A stretch of 64,000 nt of DNA from Octopus vulgaris. Its lineage: Eukaryota. The first letter of the stretch is position 1. Each line of letters starts with the position of its first letter. Shown in pieces: positions 29,043 to 43,078 of the stretch. A model generated the notes under the pieces. That model ran no database searches and was not told the origin of the DNA. It saw only the letters and a program-made list of their open reading frames with translations. The position numbers and the translations under genes are program-made. The stretch covers positions 29,946,001-30,010,000 of the forward strand of contig OX597842.1 of the NCBI GenBank assembly GCA_951406725.2. Reading direction: 5' to 3'.

Positions 29043-29540
29043 AGTAACTGCTGCCGGTGAGATGGGTGTCTCGTGATCCCTAGGTTTCCTTGGGCGCCCT
29101 CTAAGACATCCTGTATCAGGAGGATCGCATCCTAGCTCTGACCATCATAGTTACATAGTGTATCTAGGACTACATTATCTAATGTACAGCATAGTAGTTA
29201 GTATTAGAGGCTATAGTTGTTGTTTAGCCACAGGTCAGTCCTGACCCAGCAGACAGACCCATGATCAAAGATGTTCCAGCTGTGACCATCTCATCTTTCA
29301 TTCAGGCATAGTGTATCTAGGACTACATTATCTAATGTATAGTAGTTAGTATTAGTGGATTTAGTTGTTGTTTAGCCCCAGGTCAGTCCTGATCCAGGCA
29401 GACCCATGATCAAAGACATTCCAGCTGTGACCCTCCCATCTTATATTCAGGCTTAGTGTATCTAGGACTACATTATCTAATGCGCATTAAAGTAGTTAGT
29501 ATTAGCGGCTATAGTTGTTGTTGGTATTTAGCCCCAGGCA
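29043..29540. repeat. Local duplication plus about 150-bp tandem repeat
   Basis: 29043-29245 duplicates 28464-28665; tagtgtatctaggactacattatctaatg recurs three times and also at about 2120-2270. Confidence 0.8.
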
Positions 29541-29988
29541 AATGATGTTCTATACACACATACACGTATACATACATGCATACATACATACGTACATACA
29601 CGCATACATACACACATACATGGATGCATACATGCATACATACACGCATGCATACATAGATACGCACATACATACATATATATATACACATACATACAAA
29701 CATACATATATACATCCTACATACATACATAGATGCATACATACATGCATACATACACACATACATACACAGATGCGTACACACATACATACATACAAAC
29801 ATACATACATACAAACATACATACATACAAACATACATACATACATACACACATACATACATAAATGCGTACACACATACATATATATACACACACATAC
29901 ATACATCCTACATGCATACATGCATAGATGCATATATACGTATGCACACACACACACACACACACAGGAGCAAGAACACATACATTTT

Positions 29989-30028
<40 letters not shown>

Positions 30029-30099
30029 TACACACACACACACATACACACGGATACACACACACACACACACACACTCTCTCTCTCTCTCTCTACGAC

Positions 30100-30580
30100 T
30101 CAGGAAGTATAAAACAACCAACTCAGGAAGTTTATTTAAATAAACGGCGAAGGGATGGAACGGGAGAGGTGGGCAGCCATAGTAAAACATTACGCATTGT
30201 TTGAAAATAAAACTGGAAGAGAGCAGACGACAGTTTCTCTGCCGCCATTGACATTCAGCTGTCATCGAAACAAGCTAAATCTCGGCAGTATGGTGTCATA
30301 AATATTCATTTTATACACACTAACCTCACCCAGACCTCTTTCTAAATTGACTCGCTCCCTTGTTTGAGTTATTTCAGTTTATTGTTCCAAAAAAATCTTC
30401 GTAACACTTCCTGTTTTTGGTTGTTTGTCGGACGAATCGGCCATTAAACTATTGTTGCTTCCGTCACCACGGAGTTGTTGCTTTTGTTGTTGTGGTTGCT
30501 GTTGCTTGCTGCTGTTGTTGTTCTTGTTCTTGTATGTATTTTCGTCGAAGAAAGGATGGCCTATTGGGGTGGGATAACGT
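30100..30580 (+). promoter_or_regulatory. Non-repetitive island, candidate noggin promoter or 5'UTR exon
   Basis: The only substantial unique sequence between the (CA)n/(CT)n tracts and the (TCTA)n tracts upstream of the acceptor. Contains TATA-like TATTTAAATA, GCCGCCATTG, TGACA..TGTCA around an E-box, and a possible donor GTATGT at 30532. Confidence 0.4.
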
Positions 30581-30600
30581 GCTGTCTGTCTGTCTATCTA

Positions 30601-30676
<76 letters not shown>

Positions 30677-30711
30677 ATCTATCTAATTGTCTATCTATCT
30701 GCCTATCCATG

Positions 30712-30774
<63 letters not shown>

Positions 30775-30787
30775 GTCTATCTGTCTG

Positions 30788-30846
<59 letters not shown>

Positions 30847-30881
30847 ATCTATCTAATTGTCTATATATCTGCCTATCCATG

Positions 30882-30983
<102 letters not shown>

Positions 30984-31021
30984 CATCTATCTGTCTACAT
31001 ATCTATCTATCTATCAAGCCG

Positions 31022-31064
<43 letters not shown>

Positions 31065-31265
31065 TCGTTCTTTCTTTCTTTCGTTCTTTCTGTCTGTCTA
31101 TCTAGCTGTTAAATATCTTTCTTTCTATTTCACTTTCTCTCCCCTCCCCTTCTCTCTCCCCTCCCCTTCTCTCTCCCCTCCCCTTCTCTCTCCCCTCCCC
31201 TTCTCTCTCCCCTCCCCTCTCTGTAGCTATCTTTTTATCTCTGTCTCTGTCCGTCTCTATTAAGC

Positions 31266-31379
<114 letters not shown>

Positions 31380-31461
31380 GTCTCTCTCTCTGTCTCTCTG
31401 TCTCTCTCTCAATATATCTTTCTTTCCTTCCCTGAGCGTCTGCTAATACTTTACATGTACC

Positions 31462-31512
<51 letters not shown>

Positions 31513-31666
31513 CATCATCATCATCCTCATCATCCTCATCATCCTCATCATCATCATCCTCATCATCATCATCATCCTCATCATCATCATCATCATCCTC
31601 ATCCTCATCCTCATCATCATCCTCATCATCCTCATCATCATCATCATCATCATTATTATTATTTCG

Positions 31667-31704
31667 TACTAAAATCTGCCTTCTTTCTTTTATTTTACCC
31701 CTAG
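31667..31704 (+). promoter_or_regulatory. 3' splice acceptor immediately before noggin ATG
   Basis: Branch-like TACTAAA at 31667-31673, pyrimidine tract ccttctttcttttattttacccc, then TAG (AG 31703-31704) followed by G-ATG. Confidence 0.7.
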
Positions 31705-31705
31705 G

Positions 31706-32470
31706 ATGCGCTCTGATCTGGATATGTTGAGTTCGAAGCTTGCTGGATCCCTTCCTCTTCTTCTTCTTCTTCTTCTCTGTGTTGTGTGTGTTGCCGGCAG
31801 CGGGAGCAGTAGCTTCAGTGATTACAACCTATTGCGAAAGAGTCATGAAAAGAATGTCGTCACCAAACGGCCTAAATTTCCCATAGTGCCTTCTGACTCA
31901 CTTCCTGTCAACCTAAACGAGAAACCCGACAAAAAACACGATCCGAGGGCTGAAAACCTAAAGCCGGAGATTTTACGTAAACTACTCGGACGGTTTTTTA
32001 TCGACGAATTCATGTCTGTGGAACGACCGAAGGAAAGTATCACAAAGCCTAACGGGACCCTCGCCTTGCGCTTTCAGAGGGGTTACCCTGTGGGGAGACG
32101 GCCCCCATTTCTAGCTCGATTCGGGCGCATTAACCTCAAGGATGAAACTGGGAGACGTTTCCGACAGTTGGATTTGAAAGTTAAGACAGAAGCGAAGAGA
32201 AAAGTGGCTAAGTTTATCCGGACTTACACATATTGTCCTGTCATATATACGTGGAAGGACCTGGGTATACGCTTCTGGCCCCGCTGGATCAAAGAAGGCC
32301 AGTGTCACCAACGAGGACGGTCGTGTTCCTTACCACCAGGCATGCGCTGTAAACCTAGCTATTCACAAACTATAATTTTACTTCGTTTCCATTGCTGGCC
32401 CGATGCTAAAATTTGTAACTGGATTCATGCTCAGTATCCTATAATTAGTGCCTGTAAATGTAAATGTTAA
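31706..32470 (+). CDS. NOG: Noggin (secreted BMP antagonist, cystine-knot), 254 aa, uninterrupted CDS
   Basis: Hydrophobic signal peptide (LPLLLLLLLCVVCVAG), clip region PSDSLPVNLNEKPD..DP..ENL..LRKLLG..F...FMS, basic helix (RRFRQLDLKVKTEAKRK), and C-terminal CPVIYTWKDLGIRFWPRWIKEGQC..SCSLPPGMRCKP..LRFHC..CNWIHAQYPIISACKCKC with all 9 noggin cysteines. Alternative start at ATG 31724. Confidence 0.96.
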   Translation: MRSDLDMLSSKLAGSLPLLLLLLLCVVCVAGSGSSSFSDYNLLRKSHEKNVVTKRPKFPIVPSDSLPVNLNEKPDKKHDPRAENLKPEILRKLLGRFFIDEFMSVERPKESITKPNGTLALRFQRGYPVGRRPPFLARFGRINLKDETGRRFRQLDLKVKTEAKRKVAKFIRTYTYCPVIYTWKDLGIRFWPRWIKEGQCHQRGRSCSLPPGMRCKPSYSQTIILLRFHCWPDAKICNWIHAQYPIISACKCKC

Positions 32471-32729
32471 TTAGCTAATTAAAAAAAAACAAACAAAAAC
32501 AAACATTAGAATGAACGGAGAAAAAGTAAGGATCGAACCCATATTAACCTCTTCCCATCATACTCAACACCCCACGTCGTTATACACTGACGATAACAAT
32601 GCAGCGTCAGTCGTCACGCTTCATCCTTCTTCTTTCAACAAGTTGAACCGAAGACATTACTGGTATTTGGAATACATTGGCCAAACTGGACAGAGTTTAG
32701 CAATTGTATTTATCGAAATTCACCACTGA

Positions 32730-35340
32730 CTAAAATTTGTTGACCTAAATTCACCCCTGATCAAAATATATTGACCTAAATTCACCCTTGGTTAAAATGT
32801 CCTGATCAAACTTCGCACAGGGTTAAATTATATTGGCCCAAATTTACCATTGGTTAAAGCGTGTTGACCTAAAATTCACCCTTGGTTAAAATATTTTGAC
32901 CTAAATTTACCCCTGGTTAAAATATTCTGACCTAAATTCACTCCTGGTTAAAAACTTTTAACTTAAATTCATTCCTGGTTAAAATATTGACCAAAACTTA
33001 CCCCTGGTTAAAATACTTTGACCTAAATTCACACCTGGTTAAAATATTTTGGTTGAAATTCACCCCTGGTTAAAATATTTTGGTTGAAATTCACCCCTGG
33101 TTAAAACATTTTAACTTATATTCATTCCTGGTTAAAATATTGACCTAAATTCACCCCTGGTTAAAATATTTTGACCTAAATTCACACCTGGTTAAAATAT
33201 TTTGGTTGAAATTCACCCCTGGTTAAAACATTTTAACTTATATTCATTCATGGTTAAAATTTTGTGACCTAAATTCACCCCTGGTTTAAATATTTTGACC
33301 TAAATTCACACCTGGTTAAATTATGTTGACCCAAATTAACCCCTGGTTGTATACTAATGTTTAATACTTCACGAACATACTTTGACCCCTTTCTTAAATT
33401 CATTTACCCCAGTTTAGCATCGGTAAAAAATTCAACTATGTATTGGCAACTCTACAAAATATGCTCCCACAATTTTCACCACTGGACCTAATGTGTTGAC
33501 CTAACACTACTACAGCTTAAAATTCGTTGATCAACAAATATGGTTGATTCCGGTATACTGATGCTAAATTTCATTGACCGATTTTAATAAACACACTCCA
33601 TATATTTATACTAAATAAATCAAAATTTTTACCTAAGTTAACCATTGATTAAAATTATTTGGACCAGAATTGGCTAAAATGTGTTAGCCCAAGTTAATCC
33701 CTGGTTAAAATATGTATTGTCCTAAACTGATCACTGGTTAAAACGTGCATTGAACAGACTTTACAGACGGTTAAAATATATTGGCCTCAATTCACACAGG
33801 CTTAAATTTACCACTGCTGAAAAATGTTGACCTCAATTTACCCCTGGTTAAATTACGTTGGCCCAAGTTCACTTCTGGTTGTATCTTAACTTTAACATTT
33901 TGTGAATAAACTTTAAACCCACTTTTTTTAAAAATGTGTTAGCCCAAGTTAACCCTGGTTAAAATATGTATTGTCCTAAACTGACCACTGGTTAAAATGT
34001 GCATTGAACAGACTTCACAGACGGTTAAAATATATTGGCCTCAATTCACACAGGCTTAAATTTACCACTACTGAAAAATGTTGACCTAAATTAACCCCTG
34101 GTTAAATTACGTTGGCCCAAGTTCACTTCTGGTTGTATCTTAACTTTAACATTTTGTGAATAAACTTTAAACCCACTTTTTTTTAAAAATGTGTTATCCC
34201 AAGTTAACCCCTGGTTAAAATATGTATTGTCCTAAACTGACCACTGGTTAAAACGTGCATTGAACAGACTTCACAGACGGTTAAAATATATTGGCCTCAA
34301 TTCACACAGGCTTAAATTTACCACTGCTGAAAAATGTTGACCTCAATTTACCCCTGGTTAAATTACGTTGGCCCAAGTTCACTTCTGGTTGTATCTTAAC
34401 TTTAACATTTTGTGAATAAACTTTAAACCCACTTTTTTTTTAAAATGTGTTAGCCCAAGTTAACCCCTGGTTAAAATATGTATTGTCCTAAACTGACCAC
34501 TGGTTAAAATGTGCATTGAACAGACTTCACAGACGGTTAAAATATATTGGCCTCAATTCACACAGGCTTAAATTTACCACTGCTGAAAAATGTTGACCTC
34601 AATTTACCCCTGGTTAAATTACGTTGGCCCAAGTTCACTTCTGGTTGTATCTTAACTTTAACATTTTGTGAATAAACTTTAAACCCACTTTTTAGCCCAA
34701 GTTAACCCCTGGTTAAAATATGTATTGTCCTAAACTGACCACTGGTTAAAATGTGCATTGAACAGACTTCACAGACGGTTAAAATATATTGGCCTCAATT
34801 CACACAGGCTTAAATTTACCACTGCTGAAAAATGTTGACCTCAATTTACCCCTGGTTAAATTACGTTGGCCCAAGTTCACTTCTGGTTGTATCTTAACTT
34901 TAACATTTTGTGAATAAACTTTAAACCCTTTTTTTTTAAAAAAACTCATTCATGCAAGTTTATTACCGGTAAAAACTCAATTACACATTGGTAACTACAG
35001 AATATGCTCATACGATTTTTACCACTGGATTAAAATGTGCTGCCCCAGGTTAAAATTCGTTGACCCATATTTTCAGTTAACCCAAGTGTACCAACGTTGG
35101 CTTTCATTGACCTGTTTTAATGACCACGCACAATATATTTGTACCAAATATATGAAATTCGTTGACCTAAGTTTACAACTGGTTCTGGTTAACACTATTT
35201 GAGTTAGAATTACCATTGGTTGAAATGTGTAAGTCCTTGCTTAAAATATATTGAACTAATTTTCTTCACTGGTTAAAATTTCTTTGTTTAAATTCCTCCT
35301 TGGTTAAAATTGTGTTAATTTCAATTCACACAGGATTAAC
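32730..35340. repeat. Nested AT-rich minisatellite downstream of noggin
   Basis: Monomer of about 33 bp (ccctggttaaaatattttgacctaaattca) at 32730-33350; higher-order unit of about 255 bp, about 5 copies, at 33677-34930. Confidence 0.9.
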
Positions 35341-35634
35341 ATTTGTAAAGATGCGTTGATTCCAGTTAACATATTGACATAGATTCACTACTGGTTAGAA
35401 TTTCTTGTGAGCGGATTTGGTAGACTGAATGTATATATATATATATATACAGATAGATAGATATAGACATAGATATACATACATATATATGTATAGACAT
35501 AGATATACATACATATATATGTGTGTGTGAGTGTATATATATGTGTATGAGTGTATATATATACATATATACACACACAGATATATATATATATATACAT
35601 AAACACACACACACACACATGTATATATATATAT

Positions 35635-35781
35635 ACGACGGAATTCTTTCAGTTTCCGTCAACTAAATCCACTCACAAGGCTATAGAAGAAGACACTTGC
35701 CCAAGGTGCCACGCAGTGGGACTGAACCTGGAACCATGTGGTTTGTTAGCAAGCTACTTACCACACAGCCACTCCTGCGTG

Positions 35782-35834
<53 letters not shown>

Positions 35835-35980
35835 TTGGCTTCCACACAGTTTGCACCTACGAAATTTACTTACAATGGCTGGTCCCGGGGCTACAGTAGA
35901 AGACATTTGTCCCCAACGTGCCATGGAATGCAAGGGAGGGACAGAACCCCCACAACCATGCGATTGTATAGTGAGCTTTT
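35635..35980 (-). mobile_element. SINE family A head plus an older diverged copy
   Basis: 35635-35780 is a clear head; about 35835-35980 is a diverged relative. Confidence 0.75.
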
Positions 35981-37590
35981 GAGCAGGAAACAAAATACGA
36001 TCGCCCTAAATAGAAAACAGAATTGACCCCTAATCCATTTGCGATCGAGGAGAAAACACGACCCCTTTTTTATAAGTATTAGGGACAACTGAATAAAACT
36101 ACCCTCCAGCATTGCGTGGCACAAAGGGACAAGGTCTGGCCCCTATATTCAACAATCACCCCTATGAATGTTTGTAAAGCAGTGGTCAGTGAGTAAAGAC
36201 TAAAGATAAAAGACTAGTGGTCAATGATTAAGGTGTTGTGATTGAAATGAATAATTGTTGGTGACCACTCCGCCTGAGACCGCCGTCGGGTTTTCTCATC
36301 TGAACTTCATTTTGTTTTTAAAGTGATTCAAATTTTAAAGAAATAAATGAAAAGAAAAGAAAGACATTTTCAATCAAAATTTCGTTTTTATTTATGTTTC
36401 CAAAAACAACCAGATTTAATAATAAAAAGAAAAAAAGTTATTTTACAGAATTCTTTGGGTTTTTTTTTTATTTCTTATTTCTTTCTTTCGAAACGAATTG
36501 AAACGAAAGCATCGTATTTCAGCAGAAATCATCATCGTCGTCGTCATCATCATCATCGTCATCGTCATCATCATCATCATCATCATCATCATCGTCGTCG
36601 TCGTCATCGTCATCATCATCATCATCGTCACCATCGTCGTCATCGTCCTCCTCATCATCATCATCACCATCATCATCAAAATCATAATCATCATCGTCAT
36701 CGTCGTCGTCGTCATCATCATCATCACTATCGTCATCATCATCGTCACCATCGTCGTCATCATCATCCTCATTATCATCATCGTCGTCATCGTCATCGTC
36801 ATCATCATCATTATCATCATCATCGTCATCACCACCACCATCTTCATCATCACCATCATCACCATCATCATCGCCATCATCATCATCATTATTATCATCA
36901 TCATCATCATCATTATTATCATCATCGTCGTCATCGTCATAGTCATCATCATCATCATCATCATCCCGAGGCTCGCGGGCCGCATACACCCCGCAAACGT
37001 TTATCTTGCGACCAGCTTGAAATGGGTTTATTTAAATAGGAATTTAAATTTTTTTATCAAAAATCAAAGCTTTTGATAGAAAGTCAAAAAAGAAAGATAC
37101 TACTGTTTTTGCAACGAAAATATTTCGTGTTGAATCAACGATCATTCATTCATTATTGTAATAATAGCATGAGAAAGCAATATGCTTTCAATTCAGTCAG
37201 TATACAAGCAGCCCTCAAAAAACTTTCTGTGATTAAAATGGCCCGCAATGTAATTCGAGTTGGCCAGGCCTGGTTTAGTGTTTCTTCTGTGAAGTTTTGA
37301 GGGCCAAAGACTCGGTCGGTTGCATTTTCGCTGTTTTGTGCCGCTGGACACCAACAGGACCGCGATGTTCAACAGTCTGCTCCATGTTAGTTACTAGTAA
37401 AGGCACGCGGCTTTGTGGTGAAAGTAAGCGGTTCACGATCGTAAAGCCGTGAGTTCGATTCCTGGCGGCGCGTACAGTCCTGGAGCAAGACATTTTATTT
37501 CGCATTGTGGAGGCGCGTGGCTTAGTGGTTAGGGAATTAGGCTCACGATCGCAAAGTCGTGCGTTCGATTCCTGACGACGCCTTGTGTCC

Positions 37591-37665
<75 letters not shown>

Positions 37666-38051
37666 GTCTGTCTGTCTGTCTGTCTGTCTCTCTATCTATC
37701 TGTCTGTCTGTCTGTCTGTCTCTCTATCTGTCTATCTGTTTGTCTGTCTGTCTGCCTGTCCGTCCGTCCGTGCGTCCGTCCGTCCCTCTGTCTGTCTGTC
37801 TGTCTGTCTGTCTATACATGTATATATATATTTATGCATGTGTGTGTGTGTGTGAGCACATGTGCATACGTATGTATGTGTGTGTGTGTGTGTGTGCGCG
37901 CGTGACTGTATACACACACATACACACAGAGCCTCATACGCTGAGAATAACTTAAACGGTGACAAAAAGGGTTTTGTCACCGATTTGGAAGTGAATTTTT
38001 CTTTCTTTTGCAAAGGAAGTTGGTCCATAAACAAACATACGCGCGTGTATA

Positions 38052-38199
<148 letters not shown>

Positions 38200-38352
38200 A
38201 TATACACACACACACATTTATATACACGCATATAAATACATACAGACAAACACACACACATATATATCTATATATATGTATATGTATGTGTATATATACG
38301 TATATTTATATGTATATATATATTTATATCTATATATATATATCTATCTATC

Positions 38353-38430
<78 letters not shown>

Positions 38431-38798
38431 TAACTACAGACATGCAGTGCACATACAATCGAGAAGGCGATCTGAAAGACACCCTTTCGCACGTGTAGAG
38501 GCGCCCCTTTGCCAGCCGCCATTGTGCTACGGAAAGTGAGTTATGTTTGGTAATGCGTGTGAAAGACAATGGAGTTATTTAGAGAGGAGACGAACGAAAA
38601 TGTCACAGAGGATGTCCTCATCTTCCCGTGAGGAGACATATACATACATGTATATATGTATATATGCATATATATATAGATATATATATATATGTATGTA
38701 TGTATGTAAGTACGTATGTGTGTGTGTATGTATGTATGTATGTATGTATGTATGTATGTATGTATGTATGTACGTATGTATGTATGTATATATGTATG

Positions 38799-38864
<66 letters not shown>

Positions 38865-40089
38865 TGTATGTATGTATGTATGTATGTATGTATGTATGTA
38901 TGTATGTATGTATGTTTGTATGTATGTATGTATGTATGTATGTATGTATGTATGTTTGTATGTATGTATGTATGTATGTATATATATATGTATATATGTG
39001 TATATATATATATGTATATATATATGTATATGTATATATATATATGTATATGTATATATATATATGTATGTGTGTGTGTGTGTGTCTGTGTATGTAGATA
39101 TATATATATATATGTGTATGTATATATATATATATATATATACATATATATACATATACACACATGTATATATACACATATATGTATACATATACACACA
39201 CATATATATATATATATATATACATATATATATGTATACATATACATATATATTTGCATATATGCGTACATATATACATATATACATACATACATACATA
39301 CATATTTATAAACAAAAATACCCTATTGTTGATGTTGAAATTCCAATGCAGGAGCCTTGGGTCTAGGTTAGAAACCGGTTCTTTCTGTATTGGCAAGAAA
39401 TCTTTAAATAAAACTGAACACTGACATACATACATACATATATGCATACATACATATATGCATACATACATACATACATAAATACATACATACATACAAA
39501 CATACATACATACATGCATGCATACTTGCATGCATACATACATACATACAAACATACATACATACAAACATACAAACATACATACATACATACATACATA
39601 CATACATACATACATACATACATACATACATACATACATACATACATACATACATGCATACATACATACATGCATACAACGGGCTGAAAACCACTATAAT
39701 ACGCATATTCAGCCGATTGTGCTGTGGGGACGGTGTGTTTGTAGATTGCTGGGTTCTCTGTTTGTAACGAGAAGCAACAGACCAATTGTTCTGTAGGTTT
39801 TAACAATTGGTCTTCATTGACTGGCTGGAACCGCCACCCGACTGCACCACCCTGCTCCCTGTCATCTACCCACGCGTCCTCACACGTCCTGAGATAACCG
39901 AGCGCGGGTGGAGGTGACACGACACCACACATATACACACATAGTTGCACAACACATGTACGTATGCACACAAACACACATAAACACACACGCATAGAGA
40001 GAGAGAAAGAGAGAGAGAGACAGAGAGACAGAGAGAGAGAATCAGAGATAGGTAGAAGGGCAAGACGATAGACACACAGACAGACAGAC

Positions 40090-40152
<63 letters not shown>

Positions 40153-40173
40153 CAAACAGACAGGCAGACAGAC

Positions 40174-40377
<204 letters not shown>

Positions 40378-40383
40378 GTAGAC

Positions 40384-40420
<37 letters not shown>

Positions 40421-40995
40421 TGTTTCTTTATTAGCCACACAGGGCTGCACACAGACAGAACAAATTACAAGGTAGAGCTTTTCTTTTGGGGGTAAAATAA
40501 AGGGGGGTTGGTTTTCGATCAAAAGAGATCGGAAATGGAAAGAAAGAGGACAAAAAAAGGGGAGGATTTAAAAAAAGAGGGGGGGAGGAAAAACAAAGAA
40601 AAGGGGAGAGGAAAAAAAGTTGATCAATAGGGATCGTAATCAAGATTGATAGATAGATAGACAGAGAGCTAGATCGATAGTTAGCCAGCTATATGTATGA
40701 ATGTATGTGTGTATGTATGTATGTATGTATGAATGTATGTGTGTATGTATGTATGTATGAATGTATGTGTGTATGTATGTATGTATGTATGAATGTATGT
40801 GTGTATGTATGTATGTATGTATGTATGTATGTATGTATGTATGCATGTATGTATGTATGTATGTATGTATGTATGTATGTATGCATGTATGTATGTATGT
40901 ATGTATGAATGTATGTGTGTATGTATGTATGTATGTATGAATGTATGTGTGTATGTATGTATATATGTATGTATGCATGTATGTATGTATGTATG

Positions 40996-41029
<34 letters not shown>

Positions 41030-41135
41030 TATAAGTATATATGTATGTATGTATGTATGTATATATGTATGTATGTATGTATGTATGAATGTATGTGTGT
41101 ATGTATGTATGTATGTATGTATGTATATATGTATG

Positions 41136-41169
<34 letters not shown>

Positions 41170-41793
41170 TGTATGTATATATGTATGTATGTATGTATGC
41201 ATGTATGTATGTATGTATATATGTATGTATGTATATATGTATATATGCATGTATGTATGTATATATGTATATATGCATGTATGTATGTAAGTATGTATGT
41301 ATGTATGTATGTATGTATGTATGTATGTATGTGTATGTGTGTATGTGTGTGTGTATATATGTATATATGCATGTATGTATGTATGTATGTATGTATATAT
41401 GTATATATGTATGTATGTATGTGTGTATCTAAAAGAGCGTTACAGATCATGTAAGAATCACATCCCACAGAAAGACAAAAAAAAAACTGATCATGGATGG
41501 TCACGGCTGGATTGTCTTAGATGGAACATCTCACTCTGCATTTAAAAAGAACAAGAAAAAAGAATTAAAAAGGGATTAAAAAAAAACAAAAAAAACAACA
41601 AGGAAAACAACAACAACAACCAACCAAAATAAAAGATTAAAATCCTTTTGACTTTCTGTGTTAATCCAAAGCTTACTCACCCACCCGCCACCCGGCGCCG
41701 TCACCCTGTCCACCCGTATGTACGGGGTCACTCGGTACACTAGTTAAGTAGCCTCTGTTTCTCCCTCCCCACTCGTGCACGCGAGTGTATCTC

Positions 41794-41824
<31 letters not shown>

Positions 41825-41835
41825 ACGTGTGTGTC

Positions 41836-41989
41836 TGTGGCTGTAAAAAAAACTTGCTTCTCAACCCACATGGTTCTGGGTTCAGTCCCACTGCGTGGCA
41901 CCTTGGGCAAGTGTCTTCTACTATAGCCTCGGGCCGACCAAGCCTTGTGAGTGAGTTTGGTAGACGGAAACTGAAAGAAGCCCGTCATA

Positions 41990-41990
<1 letters not shown>
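41836..41990 (+). mobile_element. SINE family A head
   Basis: ccacatggttctgggttcagtcccactgcgtggcaccttgggcaag. Confidence 0.85.
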
Positions 41991-42040
<50 letters not shown>

Positions 42041-42148
42041 AGATAGGGGTTGAAAATTCAACCCACCATGGGATAACATATATCCAATATACTGCTAGAG
42101 AGGATGTTTGATTGATTTAAGTATGTTTCTCCATTTTCTAATTTTGTA

Positions 42149-42186
<38 letters not shown>

Positions 42187-42338
42187 TGAAATAGAAAGAT
42201 GAAAAATCTTATTGCAGATTAATCAAAAGTTTAACCGATACCTTGGTAGCAAAAATCACAGCAGAAGACAGCACGGTTGGAGGTGAAACCATATGGTGTT
42301 GCAACCGTGCGTTGGTGCGGATAATTGAATTTTAATAT

Positions 42339-42486
42339 TATTAGTGAATTGAAGAAATGGAGTTGAACGAAGATTGAACAGAAATCGTTTTATTGCATTT
42401 TGGTAAATTGTGCCTTTCGAAACACGTGTAGAATGCAATAAAACGATTTCTGTTCAATCTTCGTTCAACTCCATTTCTTCAATTCA

Positions 42487-42492
<6 letters not shown>
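42339..42492. repeat. Perfect 61-bp inverted repeat (fold-back element end)
   Basis: 42339-42399 is the reverse complement of 42432-42492. The spacer ends in GAAAC-ACGT-GTA, the 3' half of a minimal hammerhead. Abuts (TA)n. Confidence 0.85.
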
Positions 42493-42568
<76 letters not shown>

Positions 42569-42610
42569 TGTATGTATGTGTATATAATATAATGATCGAA
42601 ATGATGTGTG

Positions 42611-42925
42611 AAGGCGCATGGCTCAGTGGTTAGAGCGTCGAACTTACGACTGTGAGGTTGTGAGTTCGAATCCCGGACCGAGCTGCGTGTTGTGTCCTTG
42701 AGCAAAACACTTTATTTCACATTGCTCCAGTTCACTCCGCTGTAGAAATGAGTTGCGACATCACAGGTGCCAAGCTGTATCGGCCCCTTTGCCTTTCCCT
42801 TGGATAACACCGGTGGCGTGGAGAGGGGCGGCCGGTATGCAAGGGCGACTGCTGGTCTTCCATAAACAACCTTGCTCGGACTTGTGCCTCGGAAGGTAAC
42901 ATTCTAGGTGCATTCCCATGGTCAT
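42611..42925 (+). mobile_element. tRNA-derived SINE family C
   Basis: GGCGCATGGCTCAGTGGTTAGAGCG (A box), GAGTTCGAATCCC (B box), then GTGTCCTTGAGCAAAACACTT. Related heads at about 37400-37590. Confidence 0.8.
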
Positions 42926-43078
42926 ACGTATGGAGGTCTCCGATCAAAATAAGGAGTAGATAGACAGCCGACAACTGATGAAGGCTCGTTCTTTGTATTA
43001 CTTGTCCTGTTTTCCATTTTTTCTATCGTTGTTTGCGCATTTAATTCGTTTGTTTACACAACTTAAATATATATATAA

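Noticed and set aside
30224-30246. CAGAC..GCCGCC as a Schnurri-type element upstream of noggin
   Set aside because: The spacer is 12 nt rather than the required 5.
38560-38625. TGAAAGACAA, resembling the 5' end of miR-71
   Set aside because: Sequence diverges after about 10 nt and no complementary arm forms a precursor hairpin.
42612-42690. tRNA-Arg(ACG)-like sequence (also about 37510-37580)
   Set aside because: The acceptor stem does not close and the sequence runs on into a SINE body, so it is a SINE head rather than a tRNA gene.
42950-43000. Isolated CTGATGA or CTGAAGA (also about 44124 and 54909)
   Set aside because: No downstream stem II plus GAAA in the correct order; at most decayed fragments, so not counted as hammerheads.
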